Shown piece after piece: positions 50,210-60,880 of a stretch of 64,000 nt of DNA. Each line of letters opens with the position of its first letter. Within the stretch, counting starts at the first letter, position 1. The DNA lies in NCBI GenBank assembly GCA_016195685.1, contig JACPZE010000010.1, positions 16,751 to 80,750 on the forward strand. The letters are read 5' to 3'. The notes below the pieces were generated by a model, which searched no databases, had not been told where the DNA came from, and saw only the letters and a list, made by a program, of their open reading frames with translations. This DNA comes from Candidatus Gottesmanbacteria bacterium. Its GTDB lineage: Bacteria > Patescibacteriota > Microgenomatia > 2-02-FULL-39-11. The translations under genes and the position numbers were made by a program.

Positions 50210-50863
50210 CTATAGAATTAATCCTACTGCTACAGAAGAAATTCCAATAAAAAACAATACTAGAGTATATTGCATTGATCCAGCGACAGGAGTTTTGGGA
50301 ATAATTACTACAGCAGTAGTGGGGGTTGATGTTTTTGTAGGATTTGTTATTTCTGGTCCACCAATTGGTGGTATTTTTGATGGAACAGGTGTGAAAATAA
50401 CTTTTACAGTAGGTGTTGGTATAGGTAATTTGGTTGGCGTTGGAGTTTTAGTAGGTGTAGGTGTTTTAGTTGGAGTAGACGTTTTAATAGAAGTAACTTT
50501 ATTTGTCGGAGCTGGAGTAGATGATAAAGGTATATCTGTTACAGTAGGATATGTGTTGGGCAACTCGTTTGGTGTCGGAGAATACGACTTGGTTATTAAT
50601 TTTGTGGGTGTCACAGCAGAGGAAATTGTATTAGGAGATGGATTTTTTTGTTTTGGCAAAAACAAAAATCCAATAAAGGCAATACTTAAGACAACTGCAA
50701 GTAATCCAATGATTATAACTACTCTTTCTCCGCTTTGATTTCTTCCTTCAACGACATTATCCATACGTATTACGGATAATTTTTTCTTTAAGAAATAAAT
50801 CGATTCGATTAGAAAAAGTATAAATACAGTAAAGAAAATAACAACGAGCAGAGTAGTCGTCAT
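50210..50863 (-). CDS. Pro/Thr-rich membrane/surface protein
   Basis: TM helices, TPTKTPTPT repeats, C-terminal PVAG plus hydrophobic segment; start uncertain. Confidence 0.65.
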   Translation of the reverse strand: MTTTLLVVIFFTVFILFLIESIYFLKKKLSVIRMDNVVEGRNQSGERVVIIIGLLAVVLSIAFIGFLFLPKQKNPSPNTISSAVTPTKLITKSYSPTPNELPNTYPTVTDIPLSSTPAPTNKVTSIKTSTPTKTPTPTKTPTPTKLPIPTPTVKVIFTPVPSKIPPIGGPEITNPTKTSTPTTAVVIIPKTPVAGSMQYTLVLFFIGISSVAVGLIL

Positions 50864-50900
50864 AAGTTAATAGTATGAGGAAGTATGTATAAGTGTCAAG

Positions 50901-52289
50901 CTAAAGATTATGGAAAAAGAAGTAACTTAAGCCAATCAGGAAAAGAGAAGCACCACCGCCTAAAAGAATCAAAGTAGAATTTATATTTCCTGTTTTTGGC
51001 GGGACCATGGGAGTGGTAGAAACCGTGCCTACTGGAATTGACGGAGTTAGGTTTATAGTCGGACTTGGGATCGGGACAAGAGTAATTGTGGGTGATGGTA
51101 ATAATATTAACGTCGGAGTAGCTGTAGGATTTATCGTCGGGGTCAAAGTGGCAGAAGCTGTTGCTTCTCCCAAAACTTGTTCACCACTTTTCAATACTAT
51201 AAAAGTACGAGTGAGAGTAATATAATTTCCTTTCTCATCATATCCTGAAATTCCCAGATGGTGTGTTCCCGGTTCAAGTGCTATTGTAGGACGCCAAACC
51301 CAAGTCCCATCAGCAGCCACAATAATTCTGGATGTTTGGGGTGCAGAATTTACCGTAATTATGAGTTGTTTTCCGGCTAGTCCTATACCTCTAAATCGCG
51401 GTTGGTTGTCGATGGTAGTGTCACCATCTGAAGAAGGAAAAAGAATATCGATTGATTTGTTTGCACCGCCAATTTGTGATTGAATCCCCAAAGTATTTGT
51501 GCTTTTATTTAGGCTGGCAAGAAGATCCTTCTTGCTGATAAGATCGATCAGATTATAAGATTTTCCGATTTGAAGTGGTGGAATGGAAAGATTTTGCCTT
51601 ATTGATTTGATATCGATAACTGCCTCTGCTTTTTTATCCGGAGATGTTTTAGCTGTAATTTGGACGATATCATTGTCACTTAGACTTGGTTTGGATAAAA
51701 GATCATCCGTGCGTAAATTATTAAAAGGAATAACCCAAAGTCCGAGGGAATCTGTTTTGCCTGATAAAGGCGGGCTTTTACCAATTGTAAGATATACGAT
51801 AGCATTGTCAGCAGGTTTATTATCATCTGTAATTAGAGTTCCTCTTGCGGCTGGTAAACTAATAGGATTTGCAAGGTGATTAGCAGTTTTTTGAGTAAAA
51901 GTTGGGCAGTCTCGGGAGATTTTACAGTTTTCCTCCCCGTTTATAATTTTTATCTCATAGGAAGTATTTTCTTTTAGATTTTTAACAGTGACAAAGTGAG
52001 CCATTCTTGGTCGTGCGATATTATCATTATCTGCGTCCTCAAAATATGACATATAACGTCCATTATCATTTACTACAACTGTTTCTATAATGTTCGTCGC
52101 CGTAAACCAGGAGATTGTAAATGAATTATCGGAAATGTTGGTAAAATGTATGTCCTCAAGGCTTGAAATTGTCTGAGCTTTGGATCCTAACTGATGATTA
52201 TTTTGATTAAAGAATATGACGCCGCCGATACCAGCAAACAGAATAAAAAGCGCTAAGATTGTAGGGATTTTTTTTTGTTTACGATACAT
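50901..52289 (-). CDS. Surface protein with FN3 and Ig-like domains and PT-rich linker
   Basis: TNISDNSFTISW, H.V...NL...T.Y, P.F.G...G.W.W, C-terminal PPKTG plus TM. Confidence 0.75.
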   Translation of the reverse strand: MYRKQKKIPTILALFILFAGIGGVIFFNQNNHQLGSKAQTISSLEDIHFTNISDNSFTISWFTATNIIETVVVNDNGRYMSYFEDADNDNIARPRMAHFVTVKNLKENTSYEIKIINGEENCKISRDCPTFTQKTANHLANPISLPAARGTLITDDNKPADNAIVYLTIGKSPPLSGKTDSLGLWVIPFNNLRTDDLLSKPSLSDNDIVQITAKTSPDKKAEAVIDIKSIRQNLSIPPLQIGKSYNLIDLISKKDLLASLNKSTNTLGIQSQIGGANKSIDILFPSSDGDTTIDNQPRFRGIGLAGKQLIITVNSAPQTSRIIVAADGTWVWRPTIALEPGTHHLGISGYDEKGNYITLTRTFIVLKSGEQVLGEATASATLTPTINPTATPTLILLPSPTITLVPIPSPTINLTPSIPVGTVSTTPMVPPKTGNINSTLILLGGGASLFLIGLSYFFFHNL

Positions 52290-52477
52290 TATTCCTCCCG
52301 GCTCTTTAGTTTCTTGATTATGTCATTATCGAATGTGGGTGTCAACGGAACTACCTGACGCAATTCTTTTTGCGACACTGTGCTGGTAATTCGGGCATGG
52401 TAAATCCCAAAGATAATCCACGCAAAGACAGTGAGGAATATAATGATAGATATAATAGCAATTTCTTTACGGTTCAT
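52289..52477 (-). CDS. Small single-TM protein in the pilN/pilO cluster
   Basis: Overlapping start/stop with neighbours; TM then P..P.FD. Confidence 0.65.
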   Translation of the reverse strand: MNRKEIAIISIIIFLTVFAWIIFGIYHARITSTVSQKELRQVVPLTPTFDNDIIKKLKSREE

Positions 52478-53078
52478 AATATGTAGTTCCCTTTAGTGAC
52501 AATCTAAGCGTAGCACTTTCCGTACCACCAATTTGAGTAAATTCCATAGATTTGATACTTACAATTCTTTGCCAATTAACTAAGTGATTTAAAAATGCCG
52601 AAATAGAAGGATATTTTCCTGTTCCTACTAGAATAAATCCGTATTCATATAATTTACCCAATGTTGGAGGATTTGAAATAGGGACAGGATCGATTTGGAG
52701 TTGATTGACGGAAAAATTTTCCTGGGCTGCAAATTTTTCGACTGCCCTTGCTAATTTACTGAAATAAGAATTAGAAGGAAGTGCGATATCAATAAGCCGG
52801 ATATCATCTCTTATCTGTTCAGTTTCTGACTGAGCTCGCACCAAACTGCCAATTTTATTTTCATAATCAATAGAGAGTTGTTTCAAATCCGCTACCGTTT
52901 TCATAAGAGAGATTGCAGTAATCAGTGTAGGACGTATTGCAAAAAGACCAAAGAAAGATAACGTGAATAATGAAAGTGTAAGAGTAAAGTAAGATGCAGT
53001 TTTCTTGCTTTTCATGAAAGGAGTTATTCTTTGATATGCCTTATTTACGATAGGATGGGAGAATGCTGTAAATTTCAT
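52467..53078 (-). CDS. PilO-like type IV pilus assembly protein
   Basis: TM, coiled coil, ALP, G.Y..I..FL..L....RIVSI. Confidence 0.75.
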   Translation of the reverse strand: MKFTAFSHPIVNKAYQRITPFMKSKKTASYFTLTLSLFTLSFFGLFAIRPTLITAISLMKTVADLKQLSIDYENKIGSLVRAQSETEQIRDDIRLIDIALPSNSYFSKLARAVEKFAAQENFSVNQLQIDPVPISNPPTLGKLYEYGFILVGTGKYPSISAFLNHLVNWQRIVSIKSMEFTQIGGTESATLRLSLKGTTYYEP

Positions 53079-53084
53079 ACAATA

Positions 53085-53648
53085 CTAGATAAATTCATTT
53101 ATATTTACTTTGGCATCTATTTTAAAATCGATCCTTCCGTCTGCCTTCCGACTCATATCTTGCAAAGTCACCTCTGAAAATTTTTTGTCCTGTTGGATTT
53201 GTCTAAGCATATAGCTGAAACTGCGCAAATTTCCTGATGTTGCCTGAAAACTGATTTTCTCAGTTGTAAGTATCAGACTAGAAAAAATCGTATCTGTAGG
53301 CGTACGTTGCTGTAAAAACCGAATTACTTTAATCAGAGAATCCTGGCGGGTGGAAATAGTGCGAATATTTAACAATTTTCCCTGTACACGACGGGTTTCC
53401 GTTTCAAGATCAGGGAATGAAGATGACTCCAGGACCGCTTGTTCTTGTGTAACCTTTTCTTTTATATCCGTATGCTCCCGGTCTATTTTAAACCTGAAGA
53501 AAAATACAGAAAGTACGACAATTTGAGTGATGATGATGATATATCTGCCGTAGGTTAAAATCCAGGCAAGAAATTGTTCCGATATGGAATCTCCGGTTTG
53601 ATCCTTGATGATCAGATTTATGTTTGCTGATTTTTTACGGGCAGCCAC
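53085..53648 (-). CDS. PilN-like type IV pilus assembly protein
   Basis: INL motif, TM, coiled coil, P....F..L, F..V.L; adjacent to PilO-like gene. Confidence 0.7.
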   Translation of the reverse strand: MAARKKSANINLIIKDQTGDSISEQFLAWILTYGRYIIIITQIVVLSVFFFRFKIDREHTDIKEKVTQEQAVLESSSFPDLETETRRVQGKLLNIRTISTRQDSLIKVIRFLQQRTPTDTIFSSLILTTEKISFQATSGNLRSFSYMLRQIQQDKKFSEVTLQDMSRKADGRIDFKIDAKVNINEFI

Positions 53649-53656
53649 AATTTAGA

Positions 53657-53968
53657 TTATACACCGGTTTTGGTTTTTCGGGGAGATTTGGGTTTAGGAG
53701 AAGACTTAGGTTTTTTCTCTGTAACTCGTGGTTTACTTTTCAATAATTTAGAAAGTCTTGATTTGAGTCTAGCAACCTTATTGCTATGGAACACTTTTTT
53801 CTTAGCTGAAATATCAAGTATACTGAAAACTTTTGTCAATAGAGAAGGGGTAGGTTTACGCTTAAAAGACAAGATTGTATCTCGCACACGTTTTTTCACT
53901 AAGAGATTTTGTTGTGCACGTTTCTTGTCTTGTCGCAATTTCTTTTTTGCGCTTTTAATTATCGGCAT
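53657..53968 (-). CDS. rpsT: 30S ribosomal protein S20 with Lys-rich tail
   Basis: MPIIKSAKKKLRQ, D..AKK..FH.NK.ARLKSRL; start placed at 53968. Confidence 0.92.
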   Translation of the reverse strand: MPIIKSAKKKLRQDKKRAQQNLLVKKRVRDTILSFKRKPTPSLLTKVFSILDISAKKKVFHSNKVARLKSRLSKLLKSKPRVTEKKPKSSPKPKSPRKTKTGV

Positions 53969-53996
53969 GTGGTGTAGTATACTAAAAGGATGCGAA

Positions 53997-55661
53997 ATGG
54001 TCAAGCTATTTAAACGTACCTTAAGTCTTATTTCTTCCCGTCAAAACAGTATTTTATCTGCTGCTTCGGTAATAATGATGGCAGTGGCCTTGTCGCGATT
54101 TCTGGGGCTTATACGTGATTGGATTTTAGTAACTAAATTCACACCTAAACTTCTAGGTGTTTATATTGCAGCTTTTAGGATTCCCAATATGATCTTTGAA
54201 TTATTAGTTATGGGAGCTCTTACTTCTGCATTCATTCCTGTATTTACAACTTATCTTGACACAAAAGGAAAAGATGTAGCCTTTAAGATGGCATCTTCTG
54301 TAATAAATATCGGGCTTTTCATATTTGTCATTCTCACGATTTTTATGCTCTTATTTACTAAGGAAATTTCTCAAATCCTCGCTCCTGGTTTTACTCCTCA
54401 AGAAATAGAACTTATGGTTTCTTTTACTCGAATAATTATGATTGCTCAAGTTTTCCCTCTTATAATAGGTACTTTTTTTACCGGAATATTACAATCCTTT
54501 AACAATTTTTTACTACCGGCTCTTGCTCCGGTTATTTACAACATCGGGATAATATTGGGTATAGTATTTCTATCGCCTTTTGTTGGGTTATATGGGCCTG
54601 TATGGGGAGTTGTCATAGGTGCAATTCTTTTTGCAGCAATTCAGGCGCCATTGGTTTTTTCTTTGGGATATAAGCCGCAATTAAATTTTGACATAAAACA
54701 TCCTGGAACCAGGGAAATAGGAAAACTCATGTTACCGAGGACTATTGGTTTGGCTGTATCTCAAATAGATACGACTTTTGATCTCATTCTTTCTACCCTT
54801 TTGGGAGGAGTAGCAGTAACAGTCTTTAACTTTGCTCAACATCTTCAACAGGTTCCGATCGGTCTTTTTGGTGCAAGTATTGCACAAGCGACCTTACCGA
54901 CGCTTTCGTCTACATTTGCTCAAAAAAAAATAGAAGAATTTAAAAAAGTCTTTTTCGCAGCTTTTCACCAGATTCTTTTTTTTATTGTTCCGTTATCATC
55001 AATACTCATTGTTTTGCGACTACCGATAGTGAGGCTTGTCTTCGGTATAAAATCACTTCTTGATTTACCAACTACACTTGAGATAAGTCAAACTCTTGCG
55101 ATATTTAGTATTTCACTGTTTGCGCAAGCTTTAGTGCAACTTATTGCCCGAGGTTTCTATGCCTTACACGATAGTAAAACACCTGTCATCATAGGTGCGA
55201 TAGGAGTAGGAGGTAATACAGTTTTATCAATTTTATTTGTTGTTTTCTATCATCTAGGAGTTTGGTCCTTAGCTTTGTCCACTTCTATTGCCAGTATTTT
55301 TCATTTGCTTCTTCTTTTGTTTTTCTTCCATAAAAAAGTCAATCTGTTTGATCGTCTTGAATTATTTTTACCCACGATAAAAATTTTTCTTTCAGGAATG
55401 GTAACCGGGGTCACTCTTTATATCCCAATTAAACTTTTTGACCAATTGGTTTTCGATACTACAAGGACGATAAATCTTATCATGTTGACGTCCGTGTCAA
55501 CAATAATGGGACTATCAGTTTACTTTTTCCTTGCATGGTTTTTAGAAGTACCGGAGATGGATATTATATTCAAGCTTTTCCAAAAAGCAAAAAATATACG
55601 CAGGGGAGCTATTCTTGATACAACTACGGAAATCGAAAATGTACAAGGAACAAAGATATAA
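53997..55661 (+). CDS. murJ: Lipid II flippase MurJ (MviN)
   Basis: SR.LGLIRD, AFRIP, GAL.SAFIP, Q.PIGLFG, RGFYAL.D.KTP; real start MVKLF at 53997. Confidence 0.93.
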   Translation: MVKLFKRTLSLISSRQNSILSAASVIMMAVALSRFLGLIRDWILVTKFTPKLLGVYIAAFRIPNMIFELLVMGALTSAFIPVFTTYLDTKGKDVAFKMASSVINIGLFIFVILTIFMLLFTKEISQILAPGFTPQEIELMVSFTRIIMIAQVFPLIIGTFFTGILQSFNNFLLPALAPVIYNIGIILGIVFLSPFVGLYGPVWGVVIGAILFAAIQAPLVFSLGYKPQLNFDIKHPGTREIGKLMLPRTIGLAVSQIDTTFDLILSTLLGGVAVTVFNFAQHLQQVPIGLFGASIAQATLPTLSSTFAQKKIEEFKKVFFAAFHQILFFIVPLSSILIVLRLPIVRLVFGIKSLLDLPTTLEISQTLAIFSISLFAQALVQLIARGFYALHDSKTPVIIGAIGVGGNTVLSILFVVFYHLGVWSLALSTSIASIFHLLLLLFFFHKKVNLFDRLELFLPTIKIFLSGMVTGVTLYIPIKLFDQLVFDTTRTINLIMLTSVSTIMGLSVYFFLAWFLEVPEMDIIFKLFQKAKNIRRGAILDTTTEIENVQGTKI

Positions 55662-55662
55662 A

Positions 55663-57594
55663 TTAGTTATTTACATTTCCATCAAAGTGCCTTTCGATTA
55701 TTTGATCTTTTCCTACGATAATTTTTAAATTATCCAACGCCGCTTCGATAGGAGAAAATGTGAGTATTTTGCCGTTTCTAATGTCTAGAGAAATTGATTT
55801 TTGGAGTAGTTGGTTATCTACAGTGATCCAGAATCCATTTTGATTCCAACCTAGTTCAACATGATGCCATGAATTCCAATCCCAATTGTCGATTGGTATA
55901 GAAAGTGTAGATGGCTGATTTTGCTGAGAGATTGAAAATACAAGTAGATTTTCATTATTGTAATTTTGTTTTGAAAGCGATAATTTATCTATTAAACCCT
56001 CTGTTATTTCAAATGGTGCTTCCAGGATAAAAAAGGATCCGTGTCCACTTTTATCCCACAAAGGTTTCAAATCAAAATTTATTGATCCCGTTGGCAGAAG
56101 ATGAAATTCCGGAGTACTAAAAGAGAGTGGCCCCCCAATATTATTTAAGATTAATGCTTTGTCATATGATTGGATACTGGGTCCATTGATATAAGTAGCA
56201 AGTTGTGAAACACGCGTCAATTCCAAGTAAACGATTGAATTAGCAGGCATGAGGAAATTTTTGCTGATATTACCAGAGGTTGTAGGTATCTCATAAAACC
56301 CTGTTCTATTATCCAAAGGATAGTTATATTTAAGATTATAAACAGCAGGAGAAAGGCCAGTAAAAGTGACAGGAACATTTTCTATATTCCTGCTAGAAAT
56401 ATCATAATTGGCCAAAATTGCTGTTGTATCTGATGACGATATGCTAGTAGCAAGACCGGAAACATATGTACCATCACCAGATAATAATAATTGATTCCCA
56501 GAAAGCTGCGCAAGCTGGGCAAAAGCTTTGTATTTAGGTTTGGAAAATAAAGGTTTATCAGGATCTCTTTCATGGTACATAAGTCCCCATTTGCCTCCCG
56601 TTGGGGGTGGTCCGTCTTTTACCTCAAAATTAAAAGCAAGATTGATCATTTTGTTGAATTGTGAAACTGAGTAAATTGCATAAGCGGCAGCAATATTAGT
56701 ATTGTTAATATCGGAATTTTGTGAATCTATACCCCATTCCGTCAACATCAAAGGCATATTGGCATATGCTGGGTATGAAGATAAAATATTTCTAGTTTTT
56801 TGTGCATCAGATAAATACTCAGAAGGTTTTATCGTATACCTATGCCATGAATAGAAATCAAGTCTAAGATTATTTTGTGCAACGTATGAAACGAAATTAT
56901 TGATCCAATTCGGATAATATGACCCGACTGCCGGGCCACCTAGGTAAAACTTATTTGCGTTCTTTGTTTCATTGGCGGCCTGTGCTGCATAAAAATATAA
57001 CAGGCGATAATCTTTGGGACTATCAAATTTCCAACTGCCGAATTGCGGAAGTTCCGGTTCGTTCCATACTTCATAATAGATATTAGACAAGTTTCTGGTG
57101 TTTTTACCGCTGTAGTGTTGGATAGTTGCTTCTACTAGATCTTTCCAGTTATTCCAATCTTTAGGGATATCGATGATTGATCCTGAAGCTGTGAAATCTT
57201 TTGGCATATAAGATAGACTGAAAAATGGCAGAGCACCCATGCTTATAATGTCATCGACTACTTTATCTAATGTAGAAAAGTTATAAACAAATTCATTCCC
57301 GTTTTTAGAAACAATATTATTTGAATCATAGATATGGTCAAGTCTTATATATTTAGGTGATAATTCCTTCATTTTTCCGATAAGAGGGGATAATACGGGT
57401 GGTGCCTCCTCACCTCCTTGTGAAAATGCAGCCCAGGAATTATTTATCGGTCCTATTATATTTTTAGTCTCAATTATAATGTTGGCAGGTTTTACTGCTG
57501 CAAATCCCATAAGTTGTTGGATCTCTCTTTGTCCGAAAACTACTATGGGAAGCGTAAGTAAAAACAACAAAAGAAAAAACAATTTCTTGTTCAT
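55663..57594 (-). CDS. GH39-like glycoside hydrolase with C-terminal LamG-like domain
   Basis: YEVWNEP, GGPA, DFYSWH.Y, TEWG; WHHV...W LamG motif; start MNKK. Confidence 0.8.
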   Translation of the reverse strand: MNKKLFFLLLFLLTLPIVVFGQREIQQLMGFAAVKPANIIIETKNIIGPINNSWAAFSQGGEEAPPVLSPLIGKMKELSPKYIRLDHIYDSNNIVSKNGNEFVYNFSTLDKVVDDIISMGALPFFSLSYMPKDFTASGSIIDIPKDWNNWKDLVEATIQHYSGKNTRNLSNIYYEVWNEPELPQFGSWKFDSPKDYRLLYFYAAQAANETKNANKFYLGGPAVGSYYPNWINNFVSYVAQNNLRLDFYSWHRYTIKPSEYLSDAQKTRNILSSYPAYANMPLMLTEWGIDSQNSDINNTNIAAAYAIYSVSQFNKMINLAFNFEVKDGPPPTGGKWGLMYHERDPDKPLFSKPKYKAFAQLAQLSGNQLLLSGDGTYVSGLATSISSSDTTAILANYDISSRNIENVPVTFTGLSPAVYNLKYNYPLDNRTGFYEIPTTSGNISKNFLMPANSIVYLELTRVSQLATYINGPSIQSYDKALILNNIGGPLSFSTPEFHLLPTGSINFDLKPLWDKSGHGSFFILEAPFEITEGLIDKLSLSKQNYNNENLLVFSISQQNQPSTLSIPIDNWDWNSWHHVELGWNQNGFWITVDNQLLQKSISLDIRNGKILTFSPIEAALDNLKIIVGKDQIIERHFDGNVNN

Positions 57595-57644
57595 AGTTTT
57601 ATCGTAACACGTGCTCATTTGTGGTGCAAAACCATAGAGAGGTC

Positions 57645-57681
57645 TTGACAAAGATTAGCAGTCATGTTATTTTAGTGCTAA
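57645..57681 (+). promoter_or_regulatory. hrcA-grpE-dnaK promoter with CIRCE operator
   Basis: TTGACA 57645; TTAGCAGTC-N9-TAGTGCTAA 57655-57681. Confidence 0.88.
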
Positions 57682-57688
57682 TCCTAAT

Positions 57689-58420
57689 ATGACAGAGTTA
57701 AATGAAAGACAATCACATATTCTTAAGGCAATCATAGAAGAATATATAGAAACAGCCGAACCGGTAGGTTCGGAAACTTTAGACAAGAAATATAATCTTG
57801 GTATCTCACCAGCAACCATAAGAAATGAAATGGTTAGTCTTACAAATATAGGATATCTAAAGCAGCCTCATACATCTGCCGGCAGAACACCTACTTCTGT
57901 TGCTTTGAAACTATATGTAGATAAACTCATGAAGACTAAAGAAATGTCTGTATCAGAAGAGGTTACGGTAAAACAAAATATTTGGGATTACCGAGCTGAG
58001 ATGGATAAGTTGCTTCGTGAAGCTACCAAATCTCTGGCCAAACATACAAAAACGATGTCTCTAGCCGCTACAGATGAAGGTGACATTTATTCTTCAGGTG
58101 TAGGTAACATTTTAGACATGCCTGAATTTTATGATATTGACGTAACTAAACATTTACTTGAGACGCTTGATGATTATAGTTACTGGTGGAGTATAATTTC
58201 TGATTTAACACAAAGCAGTCATCCATTGGCAATATTCATCGGAGAAGATTTAAAAAGAAGACTCCTAAATGACTGCGGAGGAGTATTTATACGGTTTAAA
58301 TCACCTTCCCATCAAGGTGCAATTGGAGTGGTTGGCCCGTACCGGTTAAATTACTCCAGAATTATCCCGGTTGTACAGTATATGGGAGATTTAATTAATG
58401 AAATTGCTTCAAGTTGGTAA
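57689..58420 (+). CDS. hrcA: Heat-inducible transcription repressor (short form)
   Basis: IL.AII.EYI.TAEPVGS, SPATIRNEM, QPHTSAGR.P, G.IGV.GP.R..Y. Confidence 0.93.
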   Translation: MTELNERQSHILKAIIEEYIETAEPVGSETLDKKYNLGISPATIRNEMVSLTNIGYLKQPHTSAGRTPTSVALKLYVDKLMKTKEMSVSEEVTVKQNIWDYRAEMDKLLREATKSLAKHTKTMSLAATDEGDIYSSGVGNILDMPEFYDIDVTKHLLETLDDYSYWWSIISDLTQSSHPLAIFIGEDLKRRLLNDCGGVFIRFKSPSHQGAIGVVGPYRLNYSRIIPVVQYMGDLINEIASSW

Positions 58421-58429
58421 ATAAGTACA

Positions 58430-58882
58430 ATGACGAAAAAATTAAACGATGAAGATATTGAAAAGATAAAGCAGGAGTCTGACGGATGGAAAGCAAAGTA
58501 CTTGCGTGCTCTGGCAGATTATCAAAATCTGGAAAAAAGAGTTGGAGAGCAAAAACAAGAGTTCGTGAGATACGCCGCCGAAAAATTAATTTATGAATTA
58601 TTGACGGTTTTGGATACTCTTGAAAAAGCACAGGAACATTTAAATGATCCCGGGTTAACTTTAGGAATAAAAAATTTCAAAGTTATACTAGAAGCGAATG
58701 GACTTAAAAAAATTGAAGTGTTGGGTAAAAAATTTGATCCTTTAGAGATGGAATGTATAGAAGTTGTAGGAGAAAGTAAAAAAGATGAGGTGATTGAAGA
58801 ATTAAGATCAGGATACAAATTGGGAGATAAAGTTATAAGGGTGGCTCAAGTTAAAGTAGGAGAGAAGTCTAATATTAATTAA
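58430..58882 (+). CDS. grpE: Nucleotide exchange factor GrpE
   Basis: RALADYQN..KR, FDP, GY.L...VIR.A.V.V. Confidence 0.93.
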   Translation: MTKKLNDEDIEKIKQESDGWKAKYLRALADYQNLEKRVGEQKQEFVRYAAEKLIYELLTVLDTLEKAQEHLNDPGLTLGIKNFKVILEANGLKKIEVLGKKFDPLEMECIEVVGESKKDEVIEELRSGYKLGDKVIRVAQVKVGEKSNIN

Positions 58883-58918
58883 CAAAATTCATTTAATAAA
58901 TAATAAGGAGGAATTTAT

Positions 58919-60820
58919 ATGGCAAAAATAATCGGAATTGATTTAGGAACCACTAACTCATGTGTTGCTGTGATGGAAGGAGGAAGTCCCAAAGTTATCC
59001 ATAGTGCTGAAGGAAGGAATGTTATTCCTTCAGTTGTTGATCCTATCAAAAGGATAGTAGGGGATGTGGCTAAACGTCAGATGGTGATGCATCCGAAATC
59101 AACTGTTTTCTCCATAAAAAGACTGATGGGAAGAAAATATACCGACAAGTCAGTACAATACGACATCAAATGGTTACCTTATACCATCAAAAGCGGCAGA
59201 GATAGTATGGCTGTCGTTGAGATAGACGGAAAAATGTTCACACCGCAGGAAATTTCTGCAATGATTTTGCAAAAGATAAAAGCCGACGCTGAGGCATACT
59301 TAGGTGAAAAAGTGACGGAAGCGGTCATCACCGTACCTGCATATTTTGATGACTCACAAAGACAAGCTACCAAACAAGCAGGAGAAATTGCAGGACTGAC
59401 TGTGAAACGAATTTTAAATGAACCGACTGCGGCAGCGTTAGCTTATGGACTAGATAAAAAGCATACACATACTGTGGCTGTTTATGACTTGGGTGGAGGG
59501 ACCTTTGATATTTCTGTATTGGAATTAGGGGAGGGTGTCTATGAGGTAAAGGCAACCAACGGAGATACCCATCTGGGGGGAGATGATTTTGATAAAGCTA
59601 TATTAGATTATTTTGCCGAAGAATTTAAAAAGGAACATTCTGTAGATTTACGCAAAGATTCACAAGCTCTGCAAAGGTTACGTGATGCTGCTGAGAAAGC
59701 AAAAATAGAACTTTCTACATCTTTGGAAGCAGAAATCAATTTGCCATTTGTCACTCAGGGTAAGGAAGGACCTCTGCATCTGGTGATGAAATTGACCCGT
59801 GCGAAACTCGAAAGTTTAGTCGGAGATCTTATCAAAAAGACGATCGATCCGGTTGCGGCGTGTCTGAAAGATGCCAAAGTTACCAAAGATAAAATCGACG
59901 AGATAGTTTTGGTAGGTGGCATGACGCGGATGCCGAAAGTGATAGAAATAGTGAAGGAATTTTTCGGCAAAGAGCCAAATAAATCTGTAAATCCAGATGA
60001 AGTAGTAGCAGTTGGTGCTGCAGTTCAAGCAGGAGTACTTACAGGTGAAGTCAAAGACGTGGTACTTCTGGACGTGACCCCTCTCACGCTAGGAGTAGAA
60101 ACATTAGGGAGTGTTGCAACTCCACTTATAACCAGAAATACTACGGTACCTACATCCAAATCCGAAATTTTCTCAACTGCGGCTGATAATCAAACGTCTG
60201 TAGAGATTAATGTTCTTCAGGGAGAAAGACCTATGGCGGCAGATAACAAATCTCTCGGCCGTTTTATACTAGATGGCATTCCGCCTGCATCCCGCGGAGT
60301 TCCGCAAGTTGAGGTGATGTTTGATATCGATGCAAACGGTATATTAAACGTCCATGCAAAAGATAAAGCCACCGGCAGGAGCCAAAGTATAAAAATCACA
60401 GGTTCAACCGGTCTTTCCAAAGATGAAGTGGAAAAGATGACCAAAGAAGCAGAGGCTCATGCCGCCGATGATACCGCTAAAAAAGAAAAAATTGAGACTA
60501 GAAACAAGGCTGATAACATGATTTATGTAGCAGAAAAATCTCTTAAAGATGCAGGTGATAAAGTTGCGGCAGATATAAAAAAAGAAGTAGAAGAAAAAAT
60601 TTCTGCGCTTAAATCTATACTCGATAGTGGTACAAAAGAAGACTTGGAATCAAAAACAAAGGATCTTTCTGATTCTTTGCAAAAGATTGGTCAAGCCATG
60701 TATCAGGAACAACAACCACCGCCAACAAATGATATCGGGACAAAAACCGATAAAGAAAATGGAGAGAAGAAAGATAAAACGAAAAAAGATGATATTCAAG
60801 AAGGAGAAGTAGTGAGCTAA
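58919..60820 (+). CDS. dnaK: Chaperone DnaK
   Basis: [38 protein letters not shown]. Confidence 0.98.
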   Translation: MAKIIGIDLGTTNSCVAVMEGGSPKVIHSAEGRNVIPSVVDPIKRIVGDVAKRQMVMHPKSTVFSIKRLMGRKYTDKSVQYDIKWLPYTIKSGRDSMAVVEIDGKMFTPQEISAMILQKIKADAEAYLGEKVTEAVITVPAYFDDSQRQATKQAGEIAGLTVKRILNEPTAAALAYGLDKKHTHTVAVYDLGGGTFDISVLELGEGVYEVKATNGDTHLGGDDFDKAILDYFAEEFKKEHSVDLRKDSQALQRLRDAAEKAKIELSTSLEAEINLPFVTQGKEGPLHLVMKLTRAKLESLVGDLIKKTIDPVAACLKDAKVTKDKIDEIVLVGGMTRMPKVIEIVKEFFGKEPNKSVNPDEVVAVGAAVQAGVLTGEVKDVVLLDVTPLTLGVETLGSVATPLITRNTTVPTSKSEIFSTAADNQTSVEINVLQGERPMAADNKSLGRFILDGIPPASRGVPQVEVMFDIDANGILNVHAKDKATGRSQSIKITGSTGLSKDEVEKMTKEAEAHAADDTAKKEKIETRNKADNMIYVAEKSLKDAGDKVAADIKKEVEEKISALKSILDSGTKEDLESKTKDLSDSLQKIGQAMYQEQQPPPTNDIGTKTDKENGEKKDKTKKDDIQEGEVVS

Positions 60821-60843
60821 TTTAGCTTTATAAAGTAATAATA

Positions 60844-60866
60844 GGGCGCGCTTTGCGCGCCCTTTT
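60844..60866 (+). terminator. Intrinsic terminator between dnaK and dnaJ
   Basis: GGGCGCGC-TTT-GCGCGCCC-TTTT. Confidence 0.8.
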
Positions 60867-60880
60867 GATAAAATACTTGT

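Noticed and set aside
50199-50738. 179-aa Val/Gly-rich plus-strand ORF (also 872-1201, 49552-50088 and similar)
   Set aside because: Antisense shadows of real genes, here of Pro/Thr codon repeats
53670-53996. 109-aa N-terminal extension of MurJ in the ORF track
   Set aside because: It is the antisense of rpsT; MurJ homology starts at ATG 53997
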